Assembly (NCBI GenBank): GCA_001662655.1
Contig: KV460217.1
Length of the DNA: 64,000 bases
DNA from: Pseudogymnoascus verrucosus
Lineage: Eukaryota
Reading direction: 5' to 3' (one strand)
Below the pieces are notes generated by a model, which saw only the letters and a program-made list of their open reading frames with translations, did no database searches and was not told where the DNA came from. The translations under genes were made by a program, and so were the position numbers. Each line of letters begins with the position of its first letter. The first letter of the stretch is position 1. This document shows positions 12,923 through 26,223 of the stretch, piece by piece.

Positions 12923-15323
12923 TTAAAATGACTCTAGCGCATCCTCAGACTCATACAAACTACTTTCCATAGATGTATGTTCCGTCTCCGGTTCTAATTC
13001 TAATTCCATTTCAAATACTTGCTCGACGACTTCACCTACCTCTGCACCACGTCTTATAATATCTAGCAACTCAGTGAATACAATAAGAGTCTCCACGCAC
13101 GGCTTATGTTCGACAAGCATCTGATACGCTGTTTTCCCAGAAATATCCCGTGTATCCGAATATAAACCTCGTAGGTCTTGGGTTTGGAGGAGTTTCATCA
13201 TGGAGGTGTCGGTGCTAAGCGCTACTTTGTGCAATATGGTGAGGTTATCAACGTCAGTCGCAGTGATGTCAGCCCCATATGAGAAGAGCAGAGTAGCAGC
13301 TTCAAGTGCACCGTAGCGAACTGCTCGCATGAGGGGGGTTGAGCCGTACGCATCCCTAGCGTCAATTTCCGCACCATGGTCAAGAAGATACTTGATTGTG
13401 CGAAAATGGTTCATTGAAGACGCGAGTGCAAAGGGTGTGCGGATTAAACAGTCCTTCCGATTTATGTCTGTGCCTCTTTGGATGATAGACTTGATGTATG
13501 CGAGATCATCGCGGAGTTTGCATGCGTGATGAAGATTTTTTTTTCCGTCTGCAGCTTCAGATATAGGTGCGTGGGCTCGAAGAAGAGATAGCATACAGTC
13601 GAGACGGCCGAAGTAAACGGACTCGATAAGCGCATCCTCGCCTACATCATTCTTGATACTGGAATCAGCGCCACAATGTAGTAGAGTTTGAACGTGGACA
13701 TTGTTTCCGCGGCGGCTTGCCCACAGGAGAGGGGTGTTTTGGTGTGTATCGGTACAGTTAATCCAGGAAGGATCACGGCTTAGTGCTTCTTCAATACTGC
13801 TATGTTTTATATCTAAGACTACTTCGTGGAGGTGAGAGAAGCGGTAGTCTTCTATGTATCTGGAATCGCCAAACGAGCCGAGAAGGTGTTCAATGACAGT
13901 ATTGCTTTTAGATCGTGATAGGATAATGTCCCAAGCAAGAGACGCTGGGCTTCTGCATTTCATTAGCTATCGTACTGAATATGGGAGAAACGCAAACCTA
14001 TGGGCTAGGTCTAGAACGTCTTCATCTGCTTCTGTAGCAATAAAAAAGTCGATCAGTGTGACATCCCTCTAACCACAGCTGACTTGAGAATTGTTAGTGA
14101 ATGCGTGAAAATAGCCGTACCATAGACTTACATGTAGGGGAGTATTCCATTTCTTGTGTGATACATCCAGCGAAGAAGCAAGCCCTTGGGAATAAAGACT
14201 TTTTATGGCATCGAGATCTCCAATGTGTGTGAAGTGAAAGATTGACGCTGACTGATCGACAATCCTAGAAGTCCTTAGAGAGACCTGAGGTCCGCCTAGT
14301 TGTGTAAACTTGCACGTGAAGTTAAACGCTTTATTCACATACCAGGCAGGGAAAAAATAGGAGATCTGTATTGCGAATGTCTCATTGCGGACACAAGTTG
14401 AAGAATCACAGTTCTGTTTAATAATTGCCAGGCCGGTGTAGGTCCAAAAGAGCACCCCCAAGAGTCTGTCGAGAAATTGGGGACTACGATTGTAGCAGAC
14501 ATTGTGGCAGGCGCAATAGCAATTTCTGCTGCAACAAGACGGGGGTTGCCAAAGAGGTTGCACTTCGATCTCCTGCGCTTGGATATCTCTATGAATCAGG
14601 TTATCTTGTATATCTAGGGGCTGACTTGATCTGCCTTGTTGTGAAGGACGTTGCTCGTTCTGGACCTATACCCTGACCCACAGACTGCTTGATTCCTTCG
14701 ATATCCTGTACAAGTCCTCTCATACGTTGGCTTTGCTCAGTAAGCATCCTCATTGCATTCTCACTAAAAGTGATGACATTGGCTAGACGTAGCTCCACTC
14801 GAGACCCAATGGATCTATTTAATAGAGCCATTGTTAGATGATTAGGCATTGGGTGACCGCACAACAAAGTATCATGAGAGTTGTTCTTACAGATTTCCGA
14901 GGTGTATCACCGCGATCATTTCTTCACGCATGACAGACAATTGTTTCCTAAAAGTAATGACTTTCCGGCGTGCTACAAGCCATCTTCGTTTCCGCATTTG
15001 GTAGATACCGCCTGGAACATCTATTTTTGTATTTTGTCCTTGGTTAACATCTGGTGGATGAGTTGATCTAGATTTTGTAGTATAGTCCTCTACTTGCGGA
15101 GCGACACGACAATATTGTCCAAACCCTCGACGTTTTCGCCAGCCGACACTCTTCGACCCAATATTGCTGCCACATCATTGAGGATTGCAGTGAGGTCTGA
15201 AACTTCATTGAAGAGGACTTGCAATTCAGCGGGGCCTCCATAGACAACCTTAACTGCCTGGATGGTCTTGCTCACAGCGCCTATCAAAGTCACAACTCCA
15301 GTCGCAATCGAGAGGGCATCCAT
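12923..15323 (-). pseudogene. HeLo-like (fungal STAND N-terminal) + ankyrin-repeat gene, disrupted
   Basis: MDALSIATGVVTLIG N-terminus, CxCxCH linker, ankyrin repeats (TPLLWAS, TPLMRAV); in-frame TAG at 15090-15092 and apparent frameshifts near 15030, 14640 and 14065. Confidence 0.7.
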
Positions 15324-16194
15324 AATCGATGCGGGATAAGATCTGGACAAGCATGGCGCTGCAACATCAGCAGCAAGGCTGATTCTTATGGGACGGCGTC
15401 AGAGTTTAGGAATGGCACCTTTGCAAGCCACCGCAGAAGAGTGCAACCTCCAACATGAAGGGTGCGAGCGAGAGTGCTCAGTAGGTTCGACACCGGTTAT
15501 CTTAGTTTGGCATTTGGAGGCATTATGGCGCATATACCATACAGTGCGCGGTAACACAACAGACAATTACATTGCATAAACAGGTTTGCAAAAGCGCCAG
15601 GACTGTGTGCCAGGCCAATATAATTATAAGGCGATGGCCAGCACAGAGTTCGCAGTAACACAACAGACAATTGCACTGCGCAGCCAGATTTGGAAAGTCG
15701 CCCGTCATGTGTCCCAGGCCAATCTAGCGGTTGTTCAGAACGTGGCGACCGGTGATGGGTTCTCTAGAGAACGAGACCAGAAATATGTCAAGGAGAGAGG
15801 GTTTTGACAAGCTGCCTACTAAGATATCCATTCGGAATCTTTGGCGCTTCTGAAAGGATTACTTCACAGGAAGTTGCGTAGATGAAATCTGCCTTAAACG
15901 AGTAAGATTAGTGGCATACTGACTTGACGCGGCACGCGCAGACTTATAGGTTAATATTAGCGCAACGTATATCTACAGTGATACCTGCCGCTAGCCCTAC
16001 TCGGCTAGCTGCATGTGTCCCCACTGATATGTAAGTCGTTGTATTCATATCACGAACACTCCTTCTCGCCCTGCCTAAAAGCCCAAGTTCGCAAAATTCT
16101 CGTCGTAACCCATTCCGAATTGGATCCCTTCTATCCCCAATCCTCTCTTCAAAGATTGTCCAGCGTAGGGTATTCTACCTGTTCCTCAACAGCC

Positions 16195-17220
16195 ATGAAG
16201 AGCATTCTCGAAATTGTCCACGAGTGTGATAAGTAAATTCCGTCCCCACATCGCATCTCCCTATCAACTTGGGCTTACTAGTGCCTCCCGAGTCCTAGCT
16301 TCCCGTACTACGAACCATGTCGTACCGATGCCTACAACAGAGAGCTAGAGTCCTTATGGCTTTTCTTTCTTCCGGACGACCCTCAACCACACGGCTTTCT
16401 CTTGGACTCCATTGTTCAGCGCATGCCATGGACGCCCGACTTCCGCCTCGTTACGACCCCACATAAAGAAGTCCATCTGATCAAACAGGATCGCGAAGAC
16501 TGGCAAGAAGCATGTGTCAAAGCGATTGATGACCTCCTCGATCTCGCCCGCGAGAAGAAGACTTTTCCTGGACTGGGGAAGAAGCGTGATGAACAATTCC
16601 CAATTGTAGGTGCAAGTTTTGATATCGGCATCGAACGGTCTGCGAGCTCCCTATTCGGTATCGTGGGAAGAGGGGCACACATGACCGTCTACACGCGTAC
16701 GAGCTCGGGAATGAAGTTCTGGATCCCGCGGAGAAATGCGAAGAAATCCACCTGGCCGAACATGCTAGACAACACTGTCGCAGGTGGCGTGGCAAGGGGT
16801 GAGATGCCCTTTGAATGCCTTGTTCGTGAGGCTGGTGAAGAGGCCGCTTTATCAGAAGAGCTTGTACGAAGAGACACGGTGGCTGCGGGAGCTGTGACAT
16901 GGTTCAATATATCTGATGAGAAGGCTGGCGGAGAACTGGGGCTTATGAATCCGGGAGTGTTGTATGTGTACGACCTGGAGGTAGGCGAGCATGTGACTTT
17001 CAAGCCAGTCGACAACGACGTGCAGAGTTTTCACTTGCTTGGTGTTGATGAGGTAAAGGAGGCGATGAGGAATGGGGAATTCAAGCCTAGCTGTGCCACA
17101 GTGATGATTGATTTTTTTGTAAGGCACGGCTTCATCACCGCAGAGAACGAGAAGGATTATACGGAGATTGTGTCGAGGCTTCATCGAAAGTTGCCCTTCA
17201 AGACAAGTCCTGGGTTTTAG
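16195..17220 (+). CDS. Nudix hydrolase, YJR142W / thiamine-pyrophosphokinase-related family
   Basis: ERSASSLFGI, WIPRRNAKKSTWPNMLDNTVAGG, Nudix box REAGEEA, FKPSC; intron ~16233-16299. Confidence 0.88.
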
Positions 17221-18376
17221 ACGTCATGGTTGAGGGCCCAAGCAATCCTAGAATATTCACTTATTTTACAGACTCAGGGAGGAGGTGGTAACTACAGTGA
17301 AATGCAAAAGGTTTCCTCGTGGTCTATGGTCGCGAAGCTTGTTAGGGTACGAGATATTCAAATTCATAATCATAGTGATCCGTCACTCAATGATCCCTAC
17401 CAAGAGTTCTTCACCCAGTGATCTACCACCTGATGATCATATATCTAATGCTTCAGCATAGGTGCATGGAGAGCTGCGAGAAAAAGACAACAGAGCAAAG
17501 ATAGTATCAGGGTTCTGAAGAATTTGAGCAGAGAGAGCGCCTTCGCTACTGAGCTTGGGGATGCGGATGGGGGGCGGAGAACGAGAAGATGGCAGTGGAC
17601 GGAGAATTGAGGAGGACGGCGCACCAACTGATAGCGAGAAACCGGATGAGGTCCAATAAGGGAGGCAACGTGCTCCTGTGGTATTGTTGCTCTCAGGGTG
17701 ACTGACAAAGGAAATTTTGGTATGTGTGTTGAGGCCGTCATAACACCGAAATTATTAATTCTTCCCCGCATTTATTTTTCTGTCCCAGATCTAAAAACCG
17801 GAGCAGCTCCGGGGCAATGTCTGACACTTACGGTTAAATCACTGCTAGTTTCACTCATTTTTGCTTATAGTTTCGCCCAATGCTTCCAAGTGTCGGCAGC
17901 AACTACACCGAGCTAGGCCGGGTCACTGTTCATATCCGCACTTTCCACTAGTAAATGTGCATTCTTCATGGTAGATTGGTTTGATATAGAATATAGAATG
18001 CGGGGTAACCAAGTAGCAATGAAATTATTCTTCACCGTTAGCCAGGTTTCTGCAGGACCCGACAATTTTAAATCTTTACCCTCTACCTTATTTCCTCGGG
18101 GCCTTTGAAAATATTATATCGGCAAGTGGGTGACAAACCTCGTCAACCGTCATGTTACAGGGGAAGCCTCAACTGCATTGTGATATTTCTCTATGAAGTT
18201 GTCAATTTCGAGTAACTACCGATGTGGATCTTTCTTAATTGCAAGTCTTTATTAGCAGCACGTCTGTGGGGTAATATGTTCTGACTATCTATATAACTAG
18301 CATGAAGTCCAAAGAAAAATGAGCTGCCAGTCATCATCAACACTCAGGACTTGAGTTTTACTTATCTCATTTTGCC

Positions 18377-19546
18377 ATGCTTGTATCAAACGCTCTCTTC
18401 TTCCTCGGCCTTGCCCTGCCAGGTGCATTGGGGGCTCCATCAACGAGCTCTTTCAACTGGAAAATTTCTAAAGGCAATGGAGTCAACCTTGGTGGCTGGC
18501 TGATACAAGAAGCTGTCATCGACCCTACCTGGTGGAGCCAACATTCTGGAGGTGCCTTGGACGAATGGGGCTTGTGTGCTCATCTCGGCACTCAGTGCGG
18601 CCCTGTCCTCGAACAGCGGTACGCGACATACATTACCCCTTCGACTATTGACAAGCTCGCTGCGGCCGGCGTCAACGTTCTACGTATACCGACGACCTAC
18701 GCAGCATGGGTGAAGGTCCCGGGCACCCAACTTTACACCGGGAATCAAAAGCAATTTCTCAAGAACATTGCCACATATGCCATCAATAAGTACAACATGC
18801 ATATCATAGTTGATGTGCACTCTTTGCCTGGTGGTGTGAATGGAATGGGGTTTGGCGAGGCCGAGGGTCATTTCGGCTGGTTCAACAACCAGACTGCTTT
18901 GACATATTCCTACAAGGCAATTGACGCTGTTATTGCCTTTGTCCAAAGCTCCGGTTTCCCACAATCCTTCACCATTGAACCAATCAACGAGCCTGTGGAC
19001 AACCCGAATATGATGTATTTCGGAACCCCGGCAGCCCTATCGGATGCAGGAGCCGCATGGACTTTGGAATACATCAAGGGCGTTATTCAACGGGTTGTTG
19101 CAACCAATCCAAATATTCCTGTGATGTTTCAAGGCAGCTTTAGAGGAGAAGCATACTGGTCACCACAGTTCCCGGCGAATACAAACCTCGTCTTTGATGT
19201 GCACAACTATTATTTTGCCGGTCGCCCAACAGATTCCGATACTGTTTCTGCCAATATCTGCTCCGACGCAAAGGCCTCTGCTGGCGATGGCAAGTTCCCT
19301 GTCTGGATCGGCGAGTGGTCTATCCAGACGGCTAGCAACAACAAACTCGCAAACCGGAGAAAGAACCTCAATACTGGTCTGTACGCCTTCAATAAATATA
19401 CTCAAGGTAGTGCATACTGGACTGCGAGATTTTATGGAAACGTTCCAGTTGAGGGCGAGGGGGTACAAGGCGATTACTGGAACTATGAGTCCTTCATTGA
19501 TCTTAGGTATATCAACGCAAGCGAGGGGACTCCATATTGCATATAA
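18377..19546 (+). CDS. Secreted GH5 beta-glucanase (1,3/1,6-glucanase type)
   Basis: Signal peptide, GVNLGGWL, LRIP, DVHSLPG, INEP acid/base, GEWS nucleophile; intronless 389 aa. Confidence 0.9.
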   Translation: MLVSNALFFLGLALPGALGAPSTSSFNWKISKGNGVNLGGWLIQEAVIDPTWWSQHSGGALDEWGLCAHLGTQCGPVLEQRYATYITPSTIDKLAAAGVNVLRIPTTYAAWVKVPGTQLYTGNQKQFLKNIATYAINKYNMHIIVDVHSLPGGVNGMGFGEAEGHFGWFNNQTALTYSYKAIDAVIAFVQSSGFPQSFTIEPINEPVDNPNMMYFGTPAALSDAGAAWTLEYIKGVIQRVVATNPNIPVMFQGSFRGEAYWSPQFPANTNLVFDVHNYYFAGRPTDSDTVSANICSDAKASAGDGKFPVWIGEWSIQTASNNKLANRRKNLNTGLYAFNKYTQGSAYWTARFYGNVPVEGEGVQGDYWNYESFIDLRYINASEGTPYCI

Positions 19547-20512
19547 GTCTGTCAGTCACCGCTCGCCGTATGCGTCATGTTACTCGAAAAGCTATGCTAG
19601 CAGATTCTCGCTTTATTCGCCAGAATTACGTAGGCAGATTTCGAAGAAGAGCTACTGAGCTGTGCATATGAAAAGCTGGGAAGCCATAAGTTTGTGCTGG
19701 AAAAAGAGGAGGAAGCATCATGTGAATCGCCTAGTCTTTTCAACAATGACTAAAAATTCGGATTTAGTTTAGGTCTACGGGTTTTAAGCTCTAGCTTGGA
19801 ATGAATCGCATCAATGCTTTATTACATGAAGTTGTATTTAAGTATGACTGAATCGGATGTCCTGTGATCCCTCTGTAACACCTCCAAGTCAATACTGATC
19901 CTTTCTATACATAGTCGAATGTCAATACGGCGTAACTCATCTAAAGATTAGATAATAAGCAGCATGGTACGCATGAAAAGTATTTTGAGCTTTGCGCCAA
20001 TCCACCATAAAATACCTACTTCTAAATATCACTTTACCATTATAATAATAATAAAACTATTGTGGCCTTAGAGCCGGTGGGGTGGATTGTACGATTGGCT
20101 TCGAGCCCAAGACTCCGCCCCCACACGGCCCCACACAAGCCGTTCGGCTCAGAGTGGGTGAGTAAAGTTTAGGCTTCAACTCTCATCTCGGGAATAATTG
20201 TTTCTTCCGTAATACTGTCTCAACTAAATTAAACATGGATGCGGCCGGAGTGGGGAAACCGCATAACTGGACATGGATCCGGGCCATCAATAACATCCAG
20301 CAGCCTCACCCGTAGCTTACGGGTTGGTGTTAATCCCCACCAATTTCTGGTACCTATATGTCCCTATATCTCATCGCAAACAAGCCGCTTCGACATCACG
20401 CACGAATTGTTTTGTTTTATACTGATATTTCGACTTCCCTGACAGATTGACAAGCCATTCGAACAAAGCTTCGTTTGAGTTAAAACCATATATTCAACGA
20501 AAATTGGTTACA

Positions 20513-22656
20513 ATGTCGAAATATGAAACCGTCTTAGAGGGGTATGAGCCTTTGAAAGTATTGGTGGCCGGTGGAGGAATTGGCGGCTTATCAGCTGCCA
20601 TCTTCTTGCGTCGCGCAGGACATCAAGTTGAGGTTTGAAAAGCCTTTAAAACTTTCTTCGGGAGAGTCACTAATGTAGAATACAGATCTTTGAATCCTCT
20701 AGATTTGCATCCGAGGCTGGTGCTGCCATCCATATACCAAGCAATGTCAATGGCCTACTGCGAAGGATGGGCATGATCCCAGAAGACCATGGAGCAAACC
20801 AGACAGAATGGGTATCTGAATATCGACCAAATGGAGAAATGGTTTTTCAGAAGGACGTTAGACCATTGTCCTCTGTCTTTCCCTACCCTTGGCAGTTGAT
20901 ACATCGAGTAGATCTACACAACGCACTGAAGAGCATTGCTGTGTCACCGGAAGGGATAGGGCACCCCGTTGTCCTTAATCTGCGAAGCAAGGTCGTGTCT
21001 ATTAACATTGATACACCGTCCTTGACATTAGAGGACGGATTCACGTATACCGGAGATCTGCTCATTGGCGCCGATGGGGTACACTCGAAGCTCAGATCTT
21101 CCATAGCTAAGGATTGCCCATTACCAACTCCATCTGGATCTAGTGCTTTTAGATTTTTGATACCCGCCGATGTCATCCGCGCCGACCCTAAGACTGCTCA
21201 TTTCCTGGAGAGGAAAGGAGAGATGCGTCTCTTATATGGCACCGATCGACGCATTGTAATCTATCCATGCAGAAATAACACACTTATAAACTTCGTGGCC
21301 TTGCACCCCGACGAGGAGACCGAAGCCGATGGAGATAACTGGGACCAGGCAGCATCCAAAGACAGCATGCTATCTTGTTTCTCCTCGTACCCAGAGGATG
21401 TGCGACTGCTCCTTGCGAAGGCATCGGCTGAGACTATTAAATTGTGGAAACTGCTAGATCACGAGGAGCTGGGAAAAGACAATTGGGTGCGCGGGAAAGC
21501 GTGTCTGCTTGGAGATGCAGCCCATGCATTCCTTCCTCACCAGGGTCAGGGTGGTGCGCAAGCTATCGAGGATGGTGCAGCGCTTGGTGCACTTTTCCCT
21601 CTCGGTACGCAAGCATCAGATGTCCCACGTCGACTCCAACTCTACGTTCAGGCTCGTTATGATCGCGCAACACTCGTCCAAGACTTTACACGACAAGCAG
21701 CTTTTAAAACAACACATGGTAAACATGGTGGAAAAGTCATTGACCCAATGCAATTCACAGAGATAAACTTCCGGCACGATGCTTACGATCATGCACGTGG
21801 AATTCTCCTCCGAGAGCTTGCTAGGAACGCCACATACAGGCGAGCGGCCTTCTCCTTTGGACCTTCTCCTGGTCCAAGACAAGATCACATGGGGAGACTA
21901 CGAAATTTGGGAGAGCATTCATATAAGACCTCCTACCTCACATTTAAAACACACAAAAGCTACATTAGCACGCTCTTACCAAGTGAAGAACTGTCAATTG
22001 ACACCAACGGAAGCTGGGCAACGGCCACTCTCGCGGTTACGCGCCTGGCAAACTTGAGCTGGCTTGGTGGCCGGGGCTACTCGTTCTTCGCACTTTATAT
22101 CCACAATGTCACCAGTGACAACAAGACAGCGACTGGCGCCTTGACCGATAATGAGCTCGCAACTGGAGGTGCGAAGAAAGGTGACTTTATCCCTGTCATG
22201 TTCGAGAACAAGGCAGACCCAATTATCACTGGCAGGGAAGAGCTCGGCTTTTCTAAGGTCTTTGCTACCCTGGAAGACACATCCACAGCATCTTCCTATT
22301 CGCTTAGTGCTGGGTGGGAGGGTACTGAATTCTGCACCTTGACCCTAGAGGGTCTGGTTGAAGTGCCATCAGCGGAGCCTACCACTCAGGCTCCCAGTCT
22401 TCACTGGAATGCCATTACGTCCAGCAAAGAAAGTGGCCACAACTACCGCGGAACTGTTACGGTGTACCCTCCTTTTCCTACTTCGGAAGGACAGAGAGAG
22501 TGGAAGGCTGGCGTGGCTAAGGTAAACTTCACAGACCTTGGTGGGCAGCAGCTAGTGCAAGCATTCCCCACTCTATCACACATAATCGAAGGCTTGAGAG
22601 GTATTCAGATCGTCGAGGTACTTAAGAGTGGCGTTTTGGCGTCTAGGGATATGTAG
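20513..22656 (+). CDS. Salicylate-hydroxylase-like FAD monooxygenase fused to a C-terminal acetoacetate-decarboxylase-like domain
   Basis: VAGGGIGG, GADGVHS, LLGDAAH..PHQGQG motifs; C-terminal WLGGRGY..PVMFEN..PIITGREELGFSK; intron 20633-20685. Confidence 0.88.
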
Positions 22657-23094
22657 CCGGATAAATATATTGTTTAGTTTGTCAAATAACTGAGATAAGC
22701 TATATAAAACACGGCATTGTCTTCAAAGGAAAGGCCAACCTTGTACTTTCGCATTTGGATATGTATTTATAATGAGACATATATGCCTCGTCTATAATTG
22801 AAATGGAGTCAAAGTACCGTAGGGGTAAATCGCTTGCGATTAATGTCTTTAATGTTATAGTGGTTGAGTCAGAGATGATAGCGCGAGCCATGAAACATGA
22901 CGCCGCAAATTATCACTCTGGGGTAACTGTCGATCATGGATTCAATGCGGGTTACAAAACCATAGGAATTATCCCAAGCATCTGACATTCAGAAAAGTAA
23001 AAAATAATTCCGTAACTTATGAATTGAATAAACACTCTAACAAGATATAGGTAGTTCTTGTCATGGGAGCAGTAATGCTTCCATATTGACCTAT

Positions 23095-24784
23095 CTAGAC
23101 CAGCCAAAACGTCTTCTTTCTTGCCCATGGTCCCAAGACGTAGAGTGGCACAGCTAATACCAAAATGGCCCATTGGATTGCGGCCATCTCCCAAAACATC
23201 TTGATTAAGCCTTCTCTTGCAAGCCAGATTGGAATACTAAGCGTGACCCCAAAGGCGACGGTATTTTTGCCCGCATTGATAAGTACCAAGGCTTCTGACC
23301 CTGTTGCTGGCCACCCGTCAACTACAACAGACAGAACAACGGACGGAACAAAGACTAGAGCAGAAACCTGCATAGCGTAACCAGCCGCAGCAGCGTATGC
23401 GCTACCTCCGTGAGCTAAGGTGTATGCGAAAAGGAGGAGACCAGGCGGAGCGATGAGGAAAGGCATGAGTAGAGCCGGCATACGATACTCTGGGATATGA
23501 GTCTCTCCGTGAGATCGTTGCCTAAGGAAGCGCGACATGTAATCGGTAAACGGTCCCGCAATAGGGTAGGCTATAACAATGCCGAGGAAAGAAGAGAGTG
23601 CGAAAAGACCAATACCGGATGCTTTGAAGAGGTAGGGAGGGGGAGACAGGAGCTGGGGGGCAACTGTAGCAATTATTACTGCGCTAGGCACTGTCAGAAT
23701 GTATAATACACAGTAGTTTGCTTATGCAGAAGGAACAACAGAAATGTAGTGCTTACCCTCCAAGGAATACACCATAAGAAATGGTTGCGAAGAAAACCTG
23801 TGGTACCAAAATGAAGCGAAATGGGAGCGAAAATTGCCGAGGCCATTCGACCAGTCCGCGTGGTTCGGTACCGCGGTTCTTGAAACTGATGAGATCCCTC
23901 CAATATGACCCAGCGTAAGGCGGATTCAAATTGAGTGCTTGCGACCCAGTAGATTCTGTAGTCACTACAGGCGCATTCACTGCCTCGTTTTTATACTCAA
24001 TCATCTGAACGGCCACCTTATCAGCTTCTTGTGCGGTTTCCCCGTCGTACATAACACGTCGATAGTTCGTCTCGGGAAGGAACAACAAAATCAGGACAAG
24101 ATTCACTCCAATAAGGATAGCGCACAAGATGAAGAACCATCTCCAACCCTTAGCAGTAATGATGAAGCCTGCAATCATAGGCCCAATCTGAGACCCTCCG
24201 GCAAGAAAGATTGAGAATATGGCCATGGCCGTTGCAAAGTAACGCTCCATGTATAGATCTGGCGCACGTCAGCTCCAGATTATTCAATAAATCAGTGAAA
24301 ACTTACCAGCAACTATTGCAGGACCAAGGGAATCGATGCTACCACCAGCGAAGCAAGCTAAGATCCGAGAAGCGACTAGGCTTTGGAATGTTGCAGCCCT
24401 GATGCTCCAGATTGTAGCAGCTAGAAAAACAAAAAGAGCAACTATGATGGTTGCACGCTTTCCTAAGCAAACTGCAGTTGGTGTCCAGAAAACATTACCG
24501 ACACCGAGTGCCAACACGGGATATGAAATCACGTCCACCAACTGGGCGTTGCTAAGGTGAAACTCCATGGCGAGAGCAGCAAACCCGGTCGTAATGCCTG
24601 CCGCGTACATGTTTGCGAGAAACACCATGATGCAAATGTTTGCGAGTGCCAAATGTCTGATGTATGCTGGCCAAAACTGATAACCGTAGTATTAGCATAC
24701 CGGACTTACACATGGAGCATTGGAGGTCTTTCCTACTTTTGGATCGCCAGCTGTGCATTGGGAGAAATCATTCCTTGGGGACAT
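23095..24784 (-). CDS. MFS transporter
   Basis: Hydrophobic exons with GKRATII, ASRILACF, GWRWFF, LPETNY, PEYRMP; introns near 24670-24710, 24257-24307 and 23694-23756. Confidence 0.85.
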
Positions 24785-25324
24785 GATGATAGAAAGTGAC
24801 TCAGTTTGGTCGTATGCATCCAGGTCCTGAGGATATTATGTGTATAAGTGACGGCGATGGGATGTGGCCGCGTATGAGCATTTGCTTCTGTTTCGTCTGT
24901 CCAAGGAGATCGGGGAAGCACATAGAATAAGGCAAAGATAAATCATTGCAGTCCAGATGTACTTCATATAATTGCGTATTGGTATAGCGCGCGGACCCGT
25001 ATTTTGCAATATTGGAAATGATTCTGCGTAGTTAGCGAGACAAAGGGATAGAACCCCACATCACCCGGACCGGGGAAATGGCGGGGGTGGGGAATTTGGC
25101 AAGCAAAAGCTACCCGCCCCCGTATAACAAACACATTCTCAAGTTAAAGTAGCATATTTATCTCTGTGAGGAGCTTCATTGAATACTAGTTTTATTTCGG
25201 ACAAAGCGCGAATAGACTCAAGTGTATGCGCAAATTAGGTAAGGTTGACAATAGTGCAGATTAAGTGAAAGAGATGAATTTGATCAGTTTAATAATTTGC
25301 TCCTTAGATACTCTAAATAGCAGT

Positions 25325-25769
25325 CTACCATTCCCCCCCAATCGCGTAACGAAAGACCTTTGTAAATACTTTTCCTCCAGTACTGCCCCACGTCTGGGCC
25401 ATACCCTATGAGGTCGCATCATTAGTTTGTTATAATCTCTTTCAGTGGTTCCTTGAACATATACAAACTTACTGCATTTAAAGCGACTCCTGTAAACATG
25501 GCAAATAGGAATGCGCGTTCGATCCCGTTACTTCCGTTGGGACGTTCCTCAAAGTTTAACTGGCGATTTAATGGGCGATAGTTGGGGATGCGATTGTGGT
25601 CACGGGGCCAACCAGGAGGATTCTGGACGAGTGTTGTTGTTGAGGACGGATTCAGCGACGCATCAATATTGGCCTCGTTGGTGTCGTTTCCAGAGATGTG
25701 AACCTCGTAATCCTGTAGCGTGCTTTGGAGAGTATAGGTGATAGGGTTTGCTGTCGTCGTGACCGACAT
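25325..25769 (-). CDS. Small hypothetical protein (~125 aa) with C-terminal hydrophobic segment
   Basis: MSVTTTAN...NPPGWPRDHNRIPNYRPLNR...FAMFTGVALNA, GTAAGT intron, exon 2 GMAQTWGSTGG...YAIGGEW*. Confidence 0.7.
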
Positions 25770-26031
25770 CGTGATGAAGGAAGGGAGAAATGAACGAGGA
25801 AAGTAACAGATCCAAAGGAGTCTGTGTCAGTCGTATAGGCAGGATTATTAAAATGTGAGTATGAAAAGTTAATCTTGCAGTTGGCAATTTGGGCACCAAT
25901 GTTTTCGCATGAAAAAAAACCTCACAACAGCTTGTCTGTTTCTATCACCTCTGTTCACTCTCTCTCCATTGCCAGCCGCGGTCATCGGGAAGGGTCATAT
26001 TCTGTTCCGGACTGGGGTGTTCCGAATATAC

Positions 26032-26043
26032 CCCCACATTCCG
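26032..26043 (-). promoter_or_regulatory. Cluster A motif CGGAATGTGGGG (CGG-N3-GTGGGG)
   Basis: Exact 12-mer also at 37639 and 45213; lies in the divergent promoter of the small gene and the ALDH-like gene. Confidence 0.65.
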
Positions 26044-26223
26044 TCGCCTGGAAGCATCACCTGTCAACTGCCGTTCCACGGCAGAAACTGGCGGCAAATG
26101 ACAAACTTCAAAGGATGTAAATCAGATGTGTTCCATGTCATTTTACGATTAATCTTTATTCGTGTTTATTACCATCATAGCGTTTTAAATCCATTGTTGT
26201 TTCGTCCTAAACGTGTTCTCGCA

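Noticed and set aside
25909..26223. N-terminal extension of the ALDH-like ORF
   Set aside because: Overlaps the promoter motif region; ALDH-like sequence begins at ATG 26224
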